Shown: positions 1-12,022, counted from the first letter of the stretch. The stretch is DNA of 64,000 nucleotides from an uncultured cyanobacterium (GCA_963697335.1 CAVONQ010000018.1:192001-256000); one strand, 5' to 3'. The notes: a model not told the origin generated them from the letters alone. Program-made: numbers and translations.

Positions 1-297
1 CCGGCCCGAGGCGATCGCCTCCTCCAGCCGCTGGTTCACGGTGGCGCTGCGCTGCTCGGCGCTCAGGGTGCGCGACGGCCAGAGTTCAAACAGTCGGCGG
101 CCATCCAGCAGGATCGGGGCAGAGGCCGACGGCGGGTTGGCTCCTGCCCCCAGCTCCGCCAGGGCTGGGACCCCCAGATCAGCCAGCAGCAGCAGGCTCA
201 CCAGCAGGCTGAACAGTGGGCGGAGCAGGGGCTTCAGCCGTGGGCGGAAGCGGGCTCTGGGCTGAGGCCCCAGATCCGGCCCGGTCCGCGCTGTCAT
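1..297 (-). CDS. 5' part of an exported/membrane protein, probably a large mechanosensitive channel (MscS family); runs off the window edge
   Basis: Manual translation from ATG at 297: MTARTGP...LLRPLFSLLVSLLLLADLGVPALAE...APILLDGRRLFELWPSRTLSAEQRSATVNQRLEEAI. Open to base 1. The signal-like segment and AP-x-x-LDG-x-x-LF...A-x-x-R motif resemble cyanobacterial MscS N-termini. Not in the ORF track. Confidence 0.5.
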   Translation of the reverse strand, partial: MTARTGPDLGPQPRARFRPRLKPLLRPLFSLLVSLLLLADLGVPALAELGAGANPPSASAPILLDGRRLFELWPSRTLSAEQRSATVNQRLEEAIASGR

Positions 298-498
298 GGC
301 TTCTCGGCAGTGCCATCAGGTTAGGGACCAGACCGACAGGCCTCGGTAAACCGGGGTCAAACCGCAACATCGTTCGAAAAAGTAACATGAATTCAAACAT
401 GATTAGATCTAACCCCAGAGGATTACCGACCCTTAATCAGTCGTTAGTGATCAAGGGCCTTGCCCTCTGAGAGGTTTGCTGGGTATGGGTCTCCACTG

Positions 499-3400
499 AT
501 GGTTGCTTCCACGGATCGGCTGCTGAGAAGGCTGTTCAGGATTGATCGCAGAATCAGATCGATTGATTCCAGCCTGGCTGATTTACGCCAATCAGGCTCA
601 GCCAGGCGTCGTCAACGCCGCCTCTCTGCTCGGCTTGAGGTGCTGCAATCCCGATTCCAGAGGGCAAATCGCCGCCTCAATCGTGCCAACCGTGAGCCCC
701 TCGCAGGCGGCCTCAACGAGCTCCAGCAGAGTCAGCTGGCTCAGTGGCAGGCCCAGCTGGTTGTCAATCGACAGCAAAACCAGCTCATCAGCCAACAGCA
801 GACTGAGCTTGAGCAGCTGCAGGAGCAGCTCCTGGTCAGCGAGCAACAGAGCCAGGAGGAGCGTGAGCAGCAGCGGCAACAGGCGCACTACGACGCTGAG
901 CAACTTCGCAACCGGCTGGACCAGCTCCTCAGCCAGGTTGCTGTCAACAGGGATCTGGTGCCGGCAGATCCCCTGCTTGGCAGCCTCAACCTCTCGGCGC
1001 CAGGCAGCACCGGGGAACAGTTCCAGACTGAAATTTCGGCCTACGTGAGGATCGCTGACAAGCTCTTTTTGCTCTCCTCCGGTGGCGGTGGGACCCTCCA
1101 GGTCACCGATGCCACTGATCCAGCCTCGCCCCAGCTGCTGGAGCGGTTGAGCTATGGGGGCGGCTTTGTCAGCACTTCGGTGGCGGCCCATGGCGACCTC
1201 GTGGCCGTGGCGCTCACTCCCGTGGACTATGAGGACAATCCGGCCAAGGGAGTGGTGCGGTTTTTCCGCATCAACAGAAGCGGGCAGCTCAGCCCATTAC
1301 AGGATGTGGAGGTGGGCCATCTGCCTGATGGCATGGCCTTCAGTGGCGATGGCCTGCAGCTGGTGATCGCCAACGAAGCCCAGCCCAGCGGCGACTACGC
1401 CATCGACCCCGAGGGATCGATCGGCATCATCGATATCTCCAACCCCGGTCTCAACCCCCAGTTCACCTACACGGACCTGGGCTTTTCTGGCCAGGTTCTG
1501 CCTGATGAGCTGCGCATCTCCGGGCCTGCAGGCACCACGGCCGCCCAGGACATCGAACCGGAATTCGTTTCGATCCTGGGGGATCGCGCCTACGTCACGC
1601 TGCAGGAAAACAACGGCGTCGCCGTGGTGGATCTCAAGGCCCGGCGCATTGAAGCGATCCAGGCCCTTGGCAACGTGGACTACGGCCTTCAGGCGGTGGA
1701 CCTCTCCGACCGGGACGGTCCCGGCGGAAGCGAGGCCTTTGTGCCGCAGCTGGGCCAGGAGTTCCTAGGCCTGCGCATGCCCGATGGCGTCAGTGCCTTC
1801 ACGGCGCAGGGCCGCCGCTATTTCATCACCGCCAATGAGGGCGATGCCAGGGAGTACGGCGACTACGAAGACACCGATCGCAATGATGCGGCCCCCAATG
1901 GCCGGCTGGAAACGATCCTGGACACCAACGGCGCCCAGACCAACACCTCCCTGGGCAGCCGCTCGGTGAGCATCTTTGATGCCGAGAGCGGTGCTCTGGT
2001 GTGGGACAGCGGCACCAGCCTGCAGACCATCGCCGTCGCGGCCGGCACCTACGACGACGGCCGCAGCGATGCCAAGGGAGTGGAGCCCGAAACGGTGACC
2101 ACCGTGCAGATGGAGGGCCGCACCTACGCCATCGTGGGCATGGAGCGGGGCCTGCGCACCACCGTTGCCCTCTTTGACATCAGCAACCCCGCCGATGGCC
2201 GCTATGTAAGCCACCGGGTGATTGAGGGCAGCCTCTCCCCCGAGGGCCTGCTGGTGATCCCCGCCCAGGACAGCCCCACGGGCCGCAGCCAGCTGGTGGT
2301 GTCCAATGAGGTGAGTAACACCCTCGATCTGCTTGATCTGGGCGCCCTGCTGGATACCCCCGGCCCCGGCAGTGCGGGCTTCTTCCAGTCCGCCATGCTG
2401 AAGGACGTGGCGGGAGGGCCGCAGCTGCAGGTGACCAACCTGCTGACCAACGGTGAGTTCACCAATGGCCTGGAGGACGGAGCCAGCGTCTACACGCCGC
2501 CTGGAATCCTCGATGGTCTGGGCGCCTACGACAATGGCGATGGCACGTACACGGTGCTGGCCAACAGTGAGCTGGGCAGCAGCGTCGGTGTGCCCTACCT
2601 GGTGGGTGGTGTGGCCCTGCGGGGAGCTCGGATCAGCAAGCTGATCGTGGACAAGGACAGCGACGACGACGCCAGCAATGGCTATCAGTTGGCGGTGATC
2701 TCTGGCGGGATCGCCTACACCTCGATCGTGGATGCCGAAGGCAACCTGGTGACCGATGCGGCCCAGGTGAACGGTGGCTTCAATCGCTTCTGCTCCGGCA
2801 GCTTCGAGATGGCCAATCGCTTCGGCCCTGGTCGAGGTTTTGTGGATCCCATCTACCTCACCGGCGAGGAGGCGGATGAGGGTCTGATCTATGGGCTGGA
2901 CACCGCCGGCGAAACCCTTCACGCCGCCCCTGGTCTGGGCCGGGCGGGCTGGGAGACCGCGATCCAGGTGGACACCGGCAGTGCCAACACCGTTGGGGTG
3001 CTGCTGATGGACGACAACACGGCGCCCCTCTATCTCTGGGTGGGCACCAAGTCACGGGATCCGGGCGCCGGCTTCCTGGAGCGCAATGGCCTGGCGGCTA
3101 GCCAGGGCTCGCTGTACACCTGGGCTCCCACCGGGGGCAGCATCGGCACCAGCGCCGGGGATGACGGCGATCTCACCAATGGCGATCAAACCCTGGTGCC
3201 CGATTCCGCCGACCTCAATGCCCTGCCCCTGGGCACCGCAGCGGCCGGCAGTTGGCAACGGGTGGGCAGCGGCACCGAGGTGGCGGCGCTGGACGAGGCG
3301 ACCCTGCGCGCCACAGCCAACGGCCTTGGTGCCCTGCAGCTCAGCCGCCTGGAAGATGCCAGCATCAACCCCCTGAATGGCCAGCAGGTGGTGTTGGCCA

Positions 3401-4053
3401 CCACGGGCAATGCAGCTTTTGCTGGGGCGGACACCTTCGGCAATCTGATCAGCCTCGATCTCGGCGCCGCCTTCAACGCCGAAGGTCAGATTCAGGACGG
3501 CAATGCCACCGATCTCGCCGTGATCTATGACGGCGACCGTGAAGTGGCCAGCTGGGATGCCGCCAATGGCAACAACGATGGCGCGATCGATCCCGGCCAG
3601 GAAGCCGCCTTCGGCGCCACGATCATCCGCAACCCGGACAACCTCACCTGGTCTGCCGACGGCTCGATCTACGTCCAGGAAGACCGCTCCGTGCCGGCCG
3701 GCTTCTTTGGCCAGGAGGAGGCTTCGATCTGGAAGGTGAACCCAGGCGAAAAGGCTATCGATCCCATCACTGGCCTCCCCAGCGGCCAGGCCAAGACCGA
3801 ACGCTGGGCCCAGATCGACCGCTCAGCCGTGCCCACGGCCTACGGCCAGAGCGATGCCAGCGCCGCTGACCCGGGCAACTGGGAATCCTCAGGGATCATC
3901 GATGTCTCGCCCCTCTACGACCAGGCAGCGGGGAGCACCTTCCTGGCGGATGTGCAGGCCCACAGCCTGCGCAATGGCAGCATCGGCGGCGACGCCAACC
4001 TGGTGCAGGGCGGCCAGCTCAACCTCATTGAGCAGAGCCCGCCACTGGTCTGA
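499..4053 (+). CDS. Large putative alkaline phosphatase: N-terminal coiled coil + choice-of-anchor I propeller domain + PhoX-like (DUF839) domain
   Basis: Choice-of-anchor-I-type motifs VGHLPD, ANE, EPE, TLQENN, MPD, TANEGD, DGRSDAKGVEPE, SPEG, SNEVS. PhoX-type motifs RFCS, TGEE, GRAGWE, RLED, NPDN, QED, ESSG, VQAH. ATG at 499 preferred to TTG at 460. Confidence 0.75.
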   Translation: MVASTDRLLRRLFRIDRRIRSIDSSLADLRQSGSARRRQRRLSARLEVLQSRFQRANRRLNRANREPLAGGLNELQQSQLAQWQAQLVVNRQQNQLISQQQTELEQLQEQLLVSEQQSQEEREQQRQQAHYDAEQLRNRLDQLLSQVAVNRDLVPADPLLGSLNLSAPGSTGEQFQTEISAYVRIADKLFLLSSGGGGTLQVTDATDPASPQLLERLSYGGGFVSTSVAAHGDLVAVALTPVDYEDNPAKGVVRFFRINRSGQLSPLQDVEVGHLPDGMAFSGDGLQLVIANEAQPSGDYAIDPEGSIGIIDISNPGLNPQFTYTDLGFSGQVLPDELRISGPAGTTAAQDIEPEFVSILGDRAYVTLQENNGVAVVDLKARRIEAIQALGNVDYGLQAVDLSDRDGPGGSEAFVPQLGQEFLGLRMPDGVSAFTAQGRRYFITANEGDAREYGDYEDTDRNDAAPNGRLETILDTNGAQTNTSLGSRSVSIFDAESGALVWDSGTSLQTIAVAAGTYDDGRSDAKGVEPETVTTVQMEGRTYAIVGMERGLRTTVALFDISNPADGRYVSHRVIEGSLSPEGLLVIPAQDSPTGRSQLVVSNEVSNTLDLLDLGALLDTPGPGSAGFFQSAMLKDVAGGPQLQVTNLLTNGEFTNGLEDGASVYTPPGILDGLGAYDNGDGTYTVLANSELGSSVGVPYLVGGVALRGARISKLIVDKDSDDDASNGYQLAVISGGIAYTSIVDAEGNLVTDAAQVNGGFNRFCSGSFEMANRFGPGRGFVDPIYLTGEEADEGLIYGLDTAGETLHAAPGLGRAGWETAIQVDTGSANTVGVLLMDDNTAPLYLWVGTKSRDPGAGFLERNGLAASQGSLYTWAPTGGSIGTSAGDDGDLTNGDQTLVPDSADLNALPLGTAAAGSWQRVGSGTEVAALDEATLRATANGLGALQLSRLEDASINPLNGQQVVLATTGNAAFAGADTFGNLISLDLGAAFNAEGQIQDGNATDLAVIYDGDREVASWDAANGNNDGAIDPGQEAAFGATIIRNPDNLTWSADGSIYVQEDRSVPAGFFGQEEASIWKVNPGEKAIDPITGLPSGQAKTERWAQIDRSAVPTAYGQSDASAADPGNWESSGIIDVSPLYDQAAGSTFLADVQAHSLRNGSIGGDANLVQGGQLNLIEQSPPLV

Positions 4054-4074
4054 GGCCCACGTCAGCCGCCGCCG

Positions 4075-6676
<2,602 letters not shown>

Positions 6677-6731
6677 AGGCCGGTGAATCTGTGTTGAATG
6701 GCCCCAGAGTCTGACTGACCAGGCCCCCGGC

Positions 6732-7301
6732 GTGCCGCTAGAGCCCCTGCTGCCGCTGTTCCACCGGTTGAACCGGGAGCACTTCGAGGCCCGCCTCGCC
6801 CCCGGCGGCGTGCCCCTGCTCGACCTGCGCTGGAGCGATGGCCGCATGCGCCGCACCGCCGGCCTCTACCGCCGCGGGCGCCGCGCCGACGGCCGCGACC
6901 TCTGCGAGATCGTGCTGTCGCGGCCGCTGCTGGATCCCCTGCCCCGGGAGGCCCTGCTCAGCACCCTCTGCCACGAGATGATCCACGCCTGGGTGGACCG
7001 GGTGCTGCAGGTGCGGGAGGTGCATGGCCCCCACTTCCGCGCCCGCATGGCCGCCATCAACGCGGCCCAGGCGGACTTCCAGGTGAGCCTGCGGCACCGC
7101 TACCCCCTGCCGGGCGGCGCCACGGCCGCCAGCCGCTGGCTCGCCCACTGCCCCCGCTGCGGCGTCACAGCCCCCTACCGCCGGCGGGTGCGCGGGCTCG
7201 CCTGCCGCGCCTGCTGCGAGCGCCACCACGGCGGCCGCTGGCACGCCAGTTGCCTGCTGGACTTTCGCGAGGCGGCCAGCCCCCCTGCAGAGGGTGTCTA
7301 A
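6732..7301 (+). CDS. SprT family zinc-dependent metalloprotease
   Basis: W.S.RM...AG, TLCHEMIH (HExxH), HGPHF, C-terminal CxxC...CxxC zinc ribbon. Confidence 0.92.
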   Translation: MPLEPLLPLFHRLNREHFEARLAPGGVPLLDLRWSDGRMRRTAGLYRRGRRADGRDLCEIVLSRPLLDPLPREALLSTLCHEMIHAWVDRVLQVREVHGPHFRARMAAINAAQADFQVSLRHRYPLPGGATAASRWLAHCPRCGVTAPYRRRVRGLACRACCERHHGGRWHASCLLDFREAASPPAEGV

Positions 7302-7453
7302 GGTCAGCCCGCTGTGGCCTCGGCGTGGACGTCTTTCTCTGGACCCTGCAATTCGCGGGCATCGGCATCGCGCTGGTGGGCCTGCGCCGCGAGCGCTGGC
7401 TGGCGGCGCGCCGCCGCTGAGGGCCGATAGCGTGGGCGCAATGGTGTTGCCCC

Positions 7454-8110
7454 ATGCGCGAGTCCTGGTCCGAGCCTGACCCACCGCTGCGGCGCGGACG
7501 GCCCGCCGAGCCGCCCCGGGGCGGTGGAGAGGCCTTCGAGCAGGGGCTGGATCGGCTGGTGTCGGCAGGACGCCACCTGGTGGATGGGGTGTCAGGGGCT
7601 CGCCCGGGCTCGCGTCCGTCGGGTCGCGGCGCCGGCCGTGGCGCCGGGGGGGTGCCGCGCCTCAACGAGCTGGGCCGCTGGGTGGAGACCAAGCTCGACT
7701 GGATCCTCGATGAGGAGGACTCCTGGCGCGAACCCTGGCAGGAGTCCCAGGATGGTTCGGGCCGCTCCCGGCCCGGCCCGGCTCGCCCCGCGGCGCCGGC
7801 GCCAGATGCTGACAGCACCAGTCCAGGTCTGGCCCCCCGCCGCCGGCTGGAGGCGATCTCCCGCCGCGGCGCATCCCGCCCCGGCGCGTCCGCCCCAAGG
7901 CTGACAAGCGGTGAGCCGCCAGCTCGGCAGGGATCGGCGGGGGACGACTGGCCCGATGAGGACAGTTTCGCCCTGCCCCGCTGGCAGCGCCCTCTCACCC
8001 CCCGCCCGGCGGCGGCGGGTCCCACGGAGCAGCTACGGCCGGCCCCCAAGGCCGCTGAGGCGCCGGCGCGGGCCCTGCCCCGCTCAAGCCGGCGCCGGTC
8101 CTCTGAGTAG
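7454..8110 (+). CDS. Conserved picocyanobacterial hypothetical protein, largely disordered
   Basis: Conserved-looking blocks GRHLVDGVSGARPG, GRWVETKLDWILDEED, LEAISRR, DDWP..F...RWQR, LPRSSRRR. Confidence 0.75.
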   Translation: MRESWSEPDPPLRRGRPAEPPRGGGEAFEQGLDRLVSAGRHLVDGVSGARPGSRPSGRGAGRGAGGVPRLNELGRWVETKLDWILDEEDSWREPWQESQDGSGRSRPGPARPAAPAPDADSTSPGLAPRRRLEAISRRGASRPGASAPRLTSGEPPARQGSAGDDWPDEDSFALPRWQRPLTPRPAAAGPTEQLRPAPKAAEAPARALPRSSRRRSSE

Positions 8111-8135
8111 CCTGGAGGGCCATTGCGATCCCCTC

Positions 8136-8657
8136 ATGAGCAGCCTGGTGGTGGTGGGCTTCCCCAAGATCGAGGAAGCTGAAGCCGTGCGGCGCGAACT
8201 GGTGACGATCCAGCGCGAGCAGCTGATTGCCCTTGAGGATGCCGTGGTGGTGGACCACGACGACGACGGACAGGTGCACCTGCGCCAGGCCCTCAACCTC
8301 GCCGCCGCCGGCGCCCTTGGGGGCGGCTTCTGGGGCACCCTCGTGGGGCTGCTGTTCCTCAACCCGCTGCTGGGAGCTGCCGTGGGCGCGGGCGTCGGTG
8401 CCGCCTCAGGCTCCCTATCCGACATCGGCATCAACGACGGCTTCATGCGGGAGCTGGGAGAAACCCTGCCCCGCGGCACCGCCGCCCTCTGCCTGCTGGT
8501 GCGCGAGGCGAGTCCCGATCGGGTGATCGAGCGCCTGAGGGCCCACGCCCCCCATGCCCGCCTGCTGCGCACCAACCTCAGCCACACCGACGAAGATCAG
8601 CTGCGGGAGCTGCTGGAGAAGGCACGCCAACAGGCCGAGGCCTTGCGGCTCGGCTGA
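8136..8657 (+). CDS. DUF1269 family membrane protein
   Basis: MSSLVVVGF...LEDAVVV, glycine zipper GALGGGFWGTLVGLLFLNP, DIGIND.F, LRTNLS. Confidence 0.9.
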   Translation: MSSLVVVGFPKIEEAEAVRRELVTIQREQLIALEDAVVVDHDDDGQVHLRQALNLAAAGALGGGFWGTLVGLLFLNPLLGAAVGAGVGAASGSLSDIGINDGFMRELGETLPRGTAALCLLVREASPDRVIERLRAHAPHARLLRTNLSHTDEDQLRELLEKARQQAEALRLG

Positions 8658-9138
8658 GACCTGCCAGGGCCACGCGGAAGCCGCTGCCCCGCTGCTGCAG
8701 CTCCTGGTTCACCGAGCCCACCAGCTCGGTGGGCACGTCGCTGGCCATCTCCTCTGCCGAGGTGGTGATCGCCTCGGAGCCGAGCAGCAGGGCTTCCAGC
8801 AGGTCGGCCCAGAGGGTCACCAGGCGGTTGGGCAGCATGGGCCTCATCCCCTGACCCTCCAGGACCGCACTGCAGCCCTGGCGCTGCCAGAGGGCAGAGC
8901 GGTGATGGCCCCGGGGATGGGTCAGCAGGGCCAGGCCCCGGTGCAGGGCCTCGCGACTGGGGGCCCCGTTGTGCTGGCGCAGGCCCGCCGCGCTGAGCTG
9001 GCGGCCGCAGAGTACGGCCGAGATGCCGAACAGCCGGCCCAGCTCGGTGAGGCTCAGCCAGTCGGCCTGCGTTTGCTCGCTTGCCTGCCGCTGCGACAGC
9101 GGCGCCCGGGGGCGCAGTTGGATGGAAGTAGGGGCCAT
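8578..9138 (-). CDS. Conserved hypothetical protein (possible N-terminal HTH-like segment)
   Basis: WLSLTELGRLFGISAVLCGRQL...GLR; coding-like codon bias; 3' end overlaps the DUF1269 gene by 80 bp. Confidence 0.65.
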   Translation of the reverse strand: MAPTSIQLRPRAPLSQRQASEQTQADWLSLTELGRLFGISAVLCGRQLSAAGLRQHNGAPSREALHRGLALLTHPRGHHRSALWQRQGCSAVLEGQGMRPMLPNRLVTLWADLLEALLLGSEAITTSAEEMASDVPTELVGSVNQELQQRGSGFRVALAGLSRAARPRPVGVPSPAAPAADLRRCG

Positions 9139-9243
9139 CGGCCTCGAACTGATCAGCCCCAATGATCACCGCGCACCGGCTCCCGTCAATTCGTCAAGGG
9201 CTCTGCGTAGCCCTGCGTTACAGACTTCACAAATCGATACGAT

Positions 9244-9378
9244 GTCATCATTTGGTGGCAGGCGACACCGCTGCTGCCGCGAAACCCCTGGGAGCCATGG
9301 TTTCAGGTCACGGCCGCCCATCGCTGGCCCCGGGGCCCAGGCTGTCGCTCCGGTGTGGTTTTCGCGGCTTTTGGTGAC
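9244..9378. ncRNA. Candidate structured non-coding RNA (rod-like with an asymmetric internal bubble; 6S-like architecture possible)
   Basis: Nested complementarity in a gene-free interval: GTCATCA 9244-50/TGGTGAC 9372-78, GCCGCGAAA 9276-84/TTTCGCGGC 9360-68, GGAGC 9291-95/GCTCC 9347-51, plus a side hairpin at 9258-9274. Confidence 0.45.
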
Positions 9379-9403
9379 CGCCGGCCGGCCCTCAACGGGG
9401 CCG

Positions 9404-9988
9404 TCAAGCCACGACGGCCGGGCCCAGCCAGTGCTCCAGATCGGGTGAGAACACCTCCCGGATCACGGTGAGGGGCTGGCCACCGCGGAAGAAGCGGTAG
9501 TGGCGGCTCCAGAAGGGGCCCTTGCGGCCAAAGCGCTGGGCCAGCCAGGGGGCCTCCACCCGGGCCAGCCCATCCACCTCGCGGAACAGCTCGGCACGGT
9601 TGCTGGTGAGGCTGCGCCAGATCGGCTGGTCCCGGCGCTGCAGATGCTCCTGGGCCTGGTCATGGTTCCACCAGCTCTCGGCCCAGGCCAGGGTGTCCGG
9701 CCCGCAGCGCAGCCACACCTGGCGCCGGATCAGGGGCCCCGCCAGCTCCTCCACCTCCATCGGCGCCACGGCGCCATCGCCTGGCTGCTGCAGGCCCATG
9801 GCGATCAGCTCGATCTCCAGGGGCAGGCCCGTCAGGGCCTCCAGGTGTCGGGTGGGGCTGCCATCGCCGAGCAGCAACAAGCGCCAGGGCCCCGTGAGCT
9901 CGCCGCCGCAGCCTGGGCTCAGGGCCCCTCCGATCAGGCGGGCCTGCCAGATGGCCGCGGGGGAGGGGGCTGGGGCCATCACCGGCAT
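9404..9988 (-). CDS. Chorismate pyruvate-lyase-like protein (UbiC/Ycf21/DUF98 family)
   Basis: LLLGDGSPTRHL, RRQVWL, AESWW, PIW.SL, SRHYRF...PLTVIREVFSP. Confidence 0.9.
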   Translation of the reverse strand: MPVMAPAPSPAAIWQARLIGGALSPGCGGELTGPWRLLLLGDGSPTRHLEALTGLPLEIELIAMGLQQPGDGAVAPMEVEELAGPLIRRQVWLRCGPDTLAWAESWWNHDQAQEHLQRRDQPIWRSLTSNRAELFREVDGLARVEAPWLAQRFGRKGPFWSRHYRFFRGGQPLTVIREVFSPDLEHWLGPAVVA

Positions 9989-10044
9989 CGGAATCCTCGA
10001 TCGTCCCTCCTTACCCTAGAAATCACGCCTGGCGGGCCGCGGCC

Positions 10045-11130
10045 ATGACCCAGTTGCTGCCGCCGGTGGTGGTCGCCAACCTGCACGGCCGCTATACCGG
10101 CGTTTCGGCCACGGTGCGGGCCCTGGTGCCGCTGCAGCGCCGCCAGCTGGCCATCGGCCTGATCGACTGGGGCCAGCTGGGCCTGGAGGCCGGCCTGGCC
10201 CCGCGCCACCTGTTCCTGCAGGGCTGGCGGCCGCCGCCGGGGGCGGCCCGCCGCGTCTGGCATGCCCGCCGCGACCTGGAGATCCTGGTGGGTCTGCTGC
10301 TGCGGGGGGTGTTGCGCCAGCCCTGGGCGGTGCTGTTCACCTCGGCGGCCCCCAAGCCGCCCGGCCCGGTGCTGCTCTGGCTGATCCGCCGCTGCGACGC
10401 GGTGATCGCCACCTCAGGTCGCTCGGCGGGCTTCCTGCCCCAGGACTGCGTCAGCGCCACCATTCCCCATGGGGTGGACACGCACTTCTACAGCCCGGCG
10501 CCCACCGCCCCTGGCGGGGAGGGGCCTCCCGAACTGCCGGCCCTGATCGGCTGTTTCGGGCGGATCCGCCCGAGCAAGGGGGTGGACCTGGTGGTGGAGG
10601 CCCTGATCACCCTGCTGCCTGATCGTCCCAGCTACGGAGCCGTGTTCACCGGCCTGGTGCGACCGGCCGAGCGGGATTTCGTGGCGGGCCTGCAGCGGCG
10701 CATTGCCGCCGCCGGCCTGGACCAGCGCATCCGCTTCCTCGGCGACCTCGACCGCCTCGCCGTGCGGGGCTGGTACCGGCGGGTGTGCCTCTGCGTGGCG
10801 GCCTCGCGTCGGGAGGGCTTCGGGCTGACGCCCCTGGAGGCGATGGCCTGCGGCTGCGCGGTGCTCACCTCGGAGGCGGGTGCCTGGCCGGAGCTGGTGG
10901 ATGGGGAGGTGGGCCGCCGCTTCCAGACCGGCAACCTCGCCTCGCTCACCCAGGAGTTGGCGCGGCTGCTCGATCAGCCCGACGAGCTGCGGGCCATGGG
11001 CCGGCGGGCGCGGCGCCGCGCCCTGGCCCGCCATTCCCTGGAGATAGAAGCCAGCGCGATCAACGCCCTCTACCGGCAGCTGCTGGAGGGTGCCGGGGAA
11101 GCGAAGGCGCCGATCAGCCGCCGCTGCTGA
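10045..11130 (+). CDS. Glycosyltransferase family 4 (LpcC-like)
   Basis: NLHGRYTGVSAT, WHARR, IPHGVD, GRIRPSKG, SRREGFGLTPLEAMACG (EX7E). Confidence 0.92.
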   Translation: MTQLLPPVVVANLHGRYTGVSATVRALVPLQRRQLAIGLIDWGQLGLEAGLAPRHLFLQGWRPPPGAARRVWHARRDLEILVGLLLRGVLRQPWAVLFTSAAPKPPGPVLLWLIRRCDAVIATSGRSAGFLPQDCVSATIPHGVDTHFYSPAPTAPGGEGPPELPALIGCFGRIRPSKGVDLVVEALITLLPDRPSYGAVFTGLVRPAERDFVAGLQRRIAAAGLDQRIRFLGDLDRLAVRGWYRRVCLCVAASRREGFGLTPLEAMACGCAVLTSEAGAWPELVDGEVGRRFQTGNLASLTQELARLLDQPDELRAMGRRARRRALARHSLEIEASAINALYRQLLEGAGEAKAPISRRC

Positions 11131-11923
11131 TGCTGATCAGGCGCTGCTCGCCGTTGCGCTCGATCACGGCACTGTCCGCATTGGCGGAGCGCAGCGTCCA
11201 GCCGGAAGCGCCGATGGTTTCCCCCACCGAGGCGCTGGTGGAGGAGCTGCCGACCTGAAAAATGGCCGAGCCGCCGTGGCCCGGCGCCTGCACCACCCCG
11301 ATCAGCTGGGGTGCTGGGTCGCCCCCGGATCCGCCGCCTCCCATGCTGCCGCCAGGCCTGGGGGTGGCCCCGCTCGGCCCAGCCGCCATGGCCGGCGGGG
11401 CCGAGCGGCTGACGTTGCCGTTCATCGGCACCTGGAGCACCCGTGCCCCAGGTGCACTGCTGGGCGGCAAGGTGGCCAGCTCCTGCATCCAGGGCTCCGC
11501 CGGCGGCGGTGGTGGCAGACCATCCTCTGCGGCCGCCAAGGCCTCGGGATCGGGCGAGGCCGGGCCCATGGCGCGCAGCCGCTCCATCATCAGCAGGTTG
11601 CGTTCCTGGCGGATCGCTTGCTGGTCCTGGCTGCGCAGCTGCAGGGCCACCAGCCCAAGGCCCGCCACGGTGGTGATGCCCAGGCTCACGCTGGCCAGCA
11701 CCAGGGCCGACGGAGGCGATTGACTTACAGGGGGGTGCCGCCGGGCGCTGGCCGCGGTCTTCGCGCCCGGCGCTGGGGGAGCCGGCGGTGGCGGCGGCAT
11801 GGGCGGCGGATCGAACACCTCCACCTCGATCGCCAGCTCCGGCGAGAAGACCCGGTTCATGACCTGCTCAGCCCGCAGTTCCCAATAGGCCCTGGAGGTG
11901 CAGTTGCCCTGACCTTGATTCAC
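11114..11923 (-). CDS. Conserved single-TM proline-rich protein with a C-terminal GspC/PilP-like beta domain
   Basis: YWELRAEQVMNRVF, one TM helix, LPPPPPAEPW, LIGVV...SAIF...VGETIGASGW. GTG at 11923 is the likely start; ATG at 11983 is an alternative. Confidence 0.75.
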   Translation of the reverse strand: MNQGQGNCTSRAYWELRAEQVMNRVFSPELAIEVEVFDPPPMPPPPPAPPAPGAKTAASARRHPPVSQSPPSALVLASVSLGITTVAGLGLVALQLRSQDQQAIRQERNLLMMERLRAMGPASPDPEALAAAEDGLPPPPPAEPWMQELATLPPSSAPGARVLQVPMNGNVSRSAPPAMAAGPSGATPRPGGSMGGGGSGGDPAPQLIGVVQAPGHGGSAIFQVGSSSTSASVGETIGASGWTLRSANADSAVIERNGEQRLISISSGG

Positions 11924-12022
11924 CCCAGCTGCTGATCGTGGCGGTGACAGTACACCAATCGTCTTTTCAGGTTTGTCACCCATCCGTCGGTGTCTCTCGG
12001 GGCTGGTGCCCCAGCCGGAGGT

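Noticed and set aside
9207..9221. NtcA-like site GTA...TAC upstream of the ncRNA candidate
   Set aside because: The spacer is 9 nt rather than the canonical 8.
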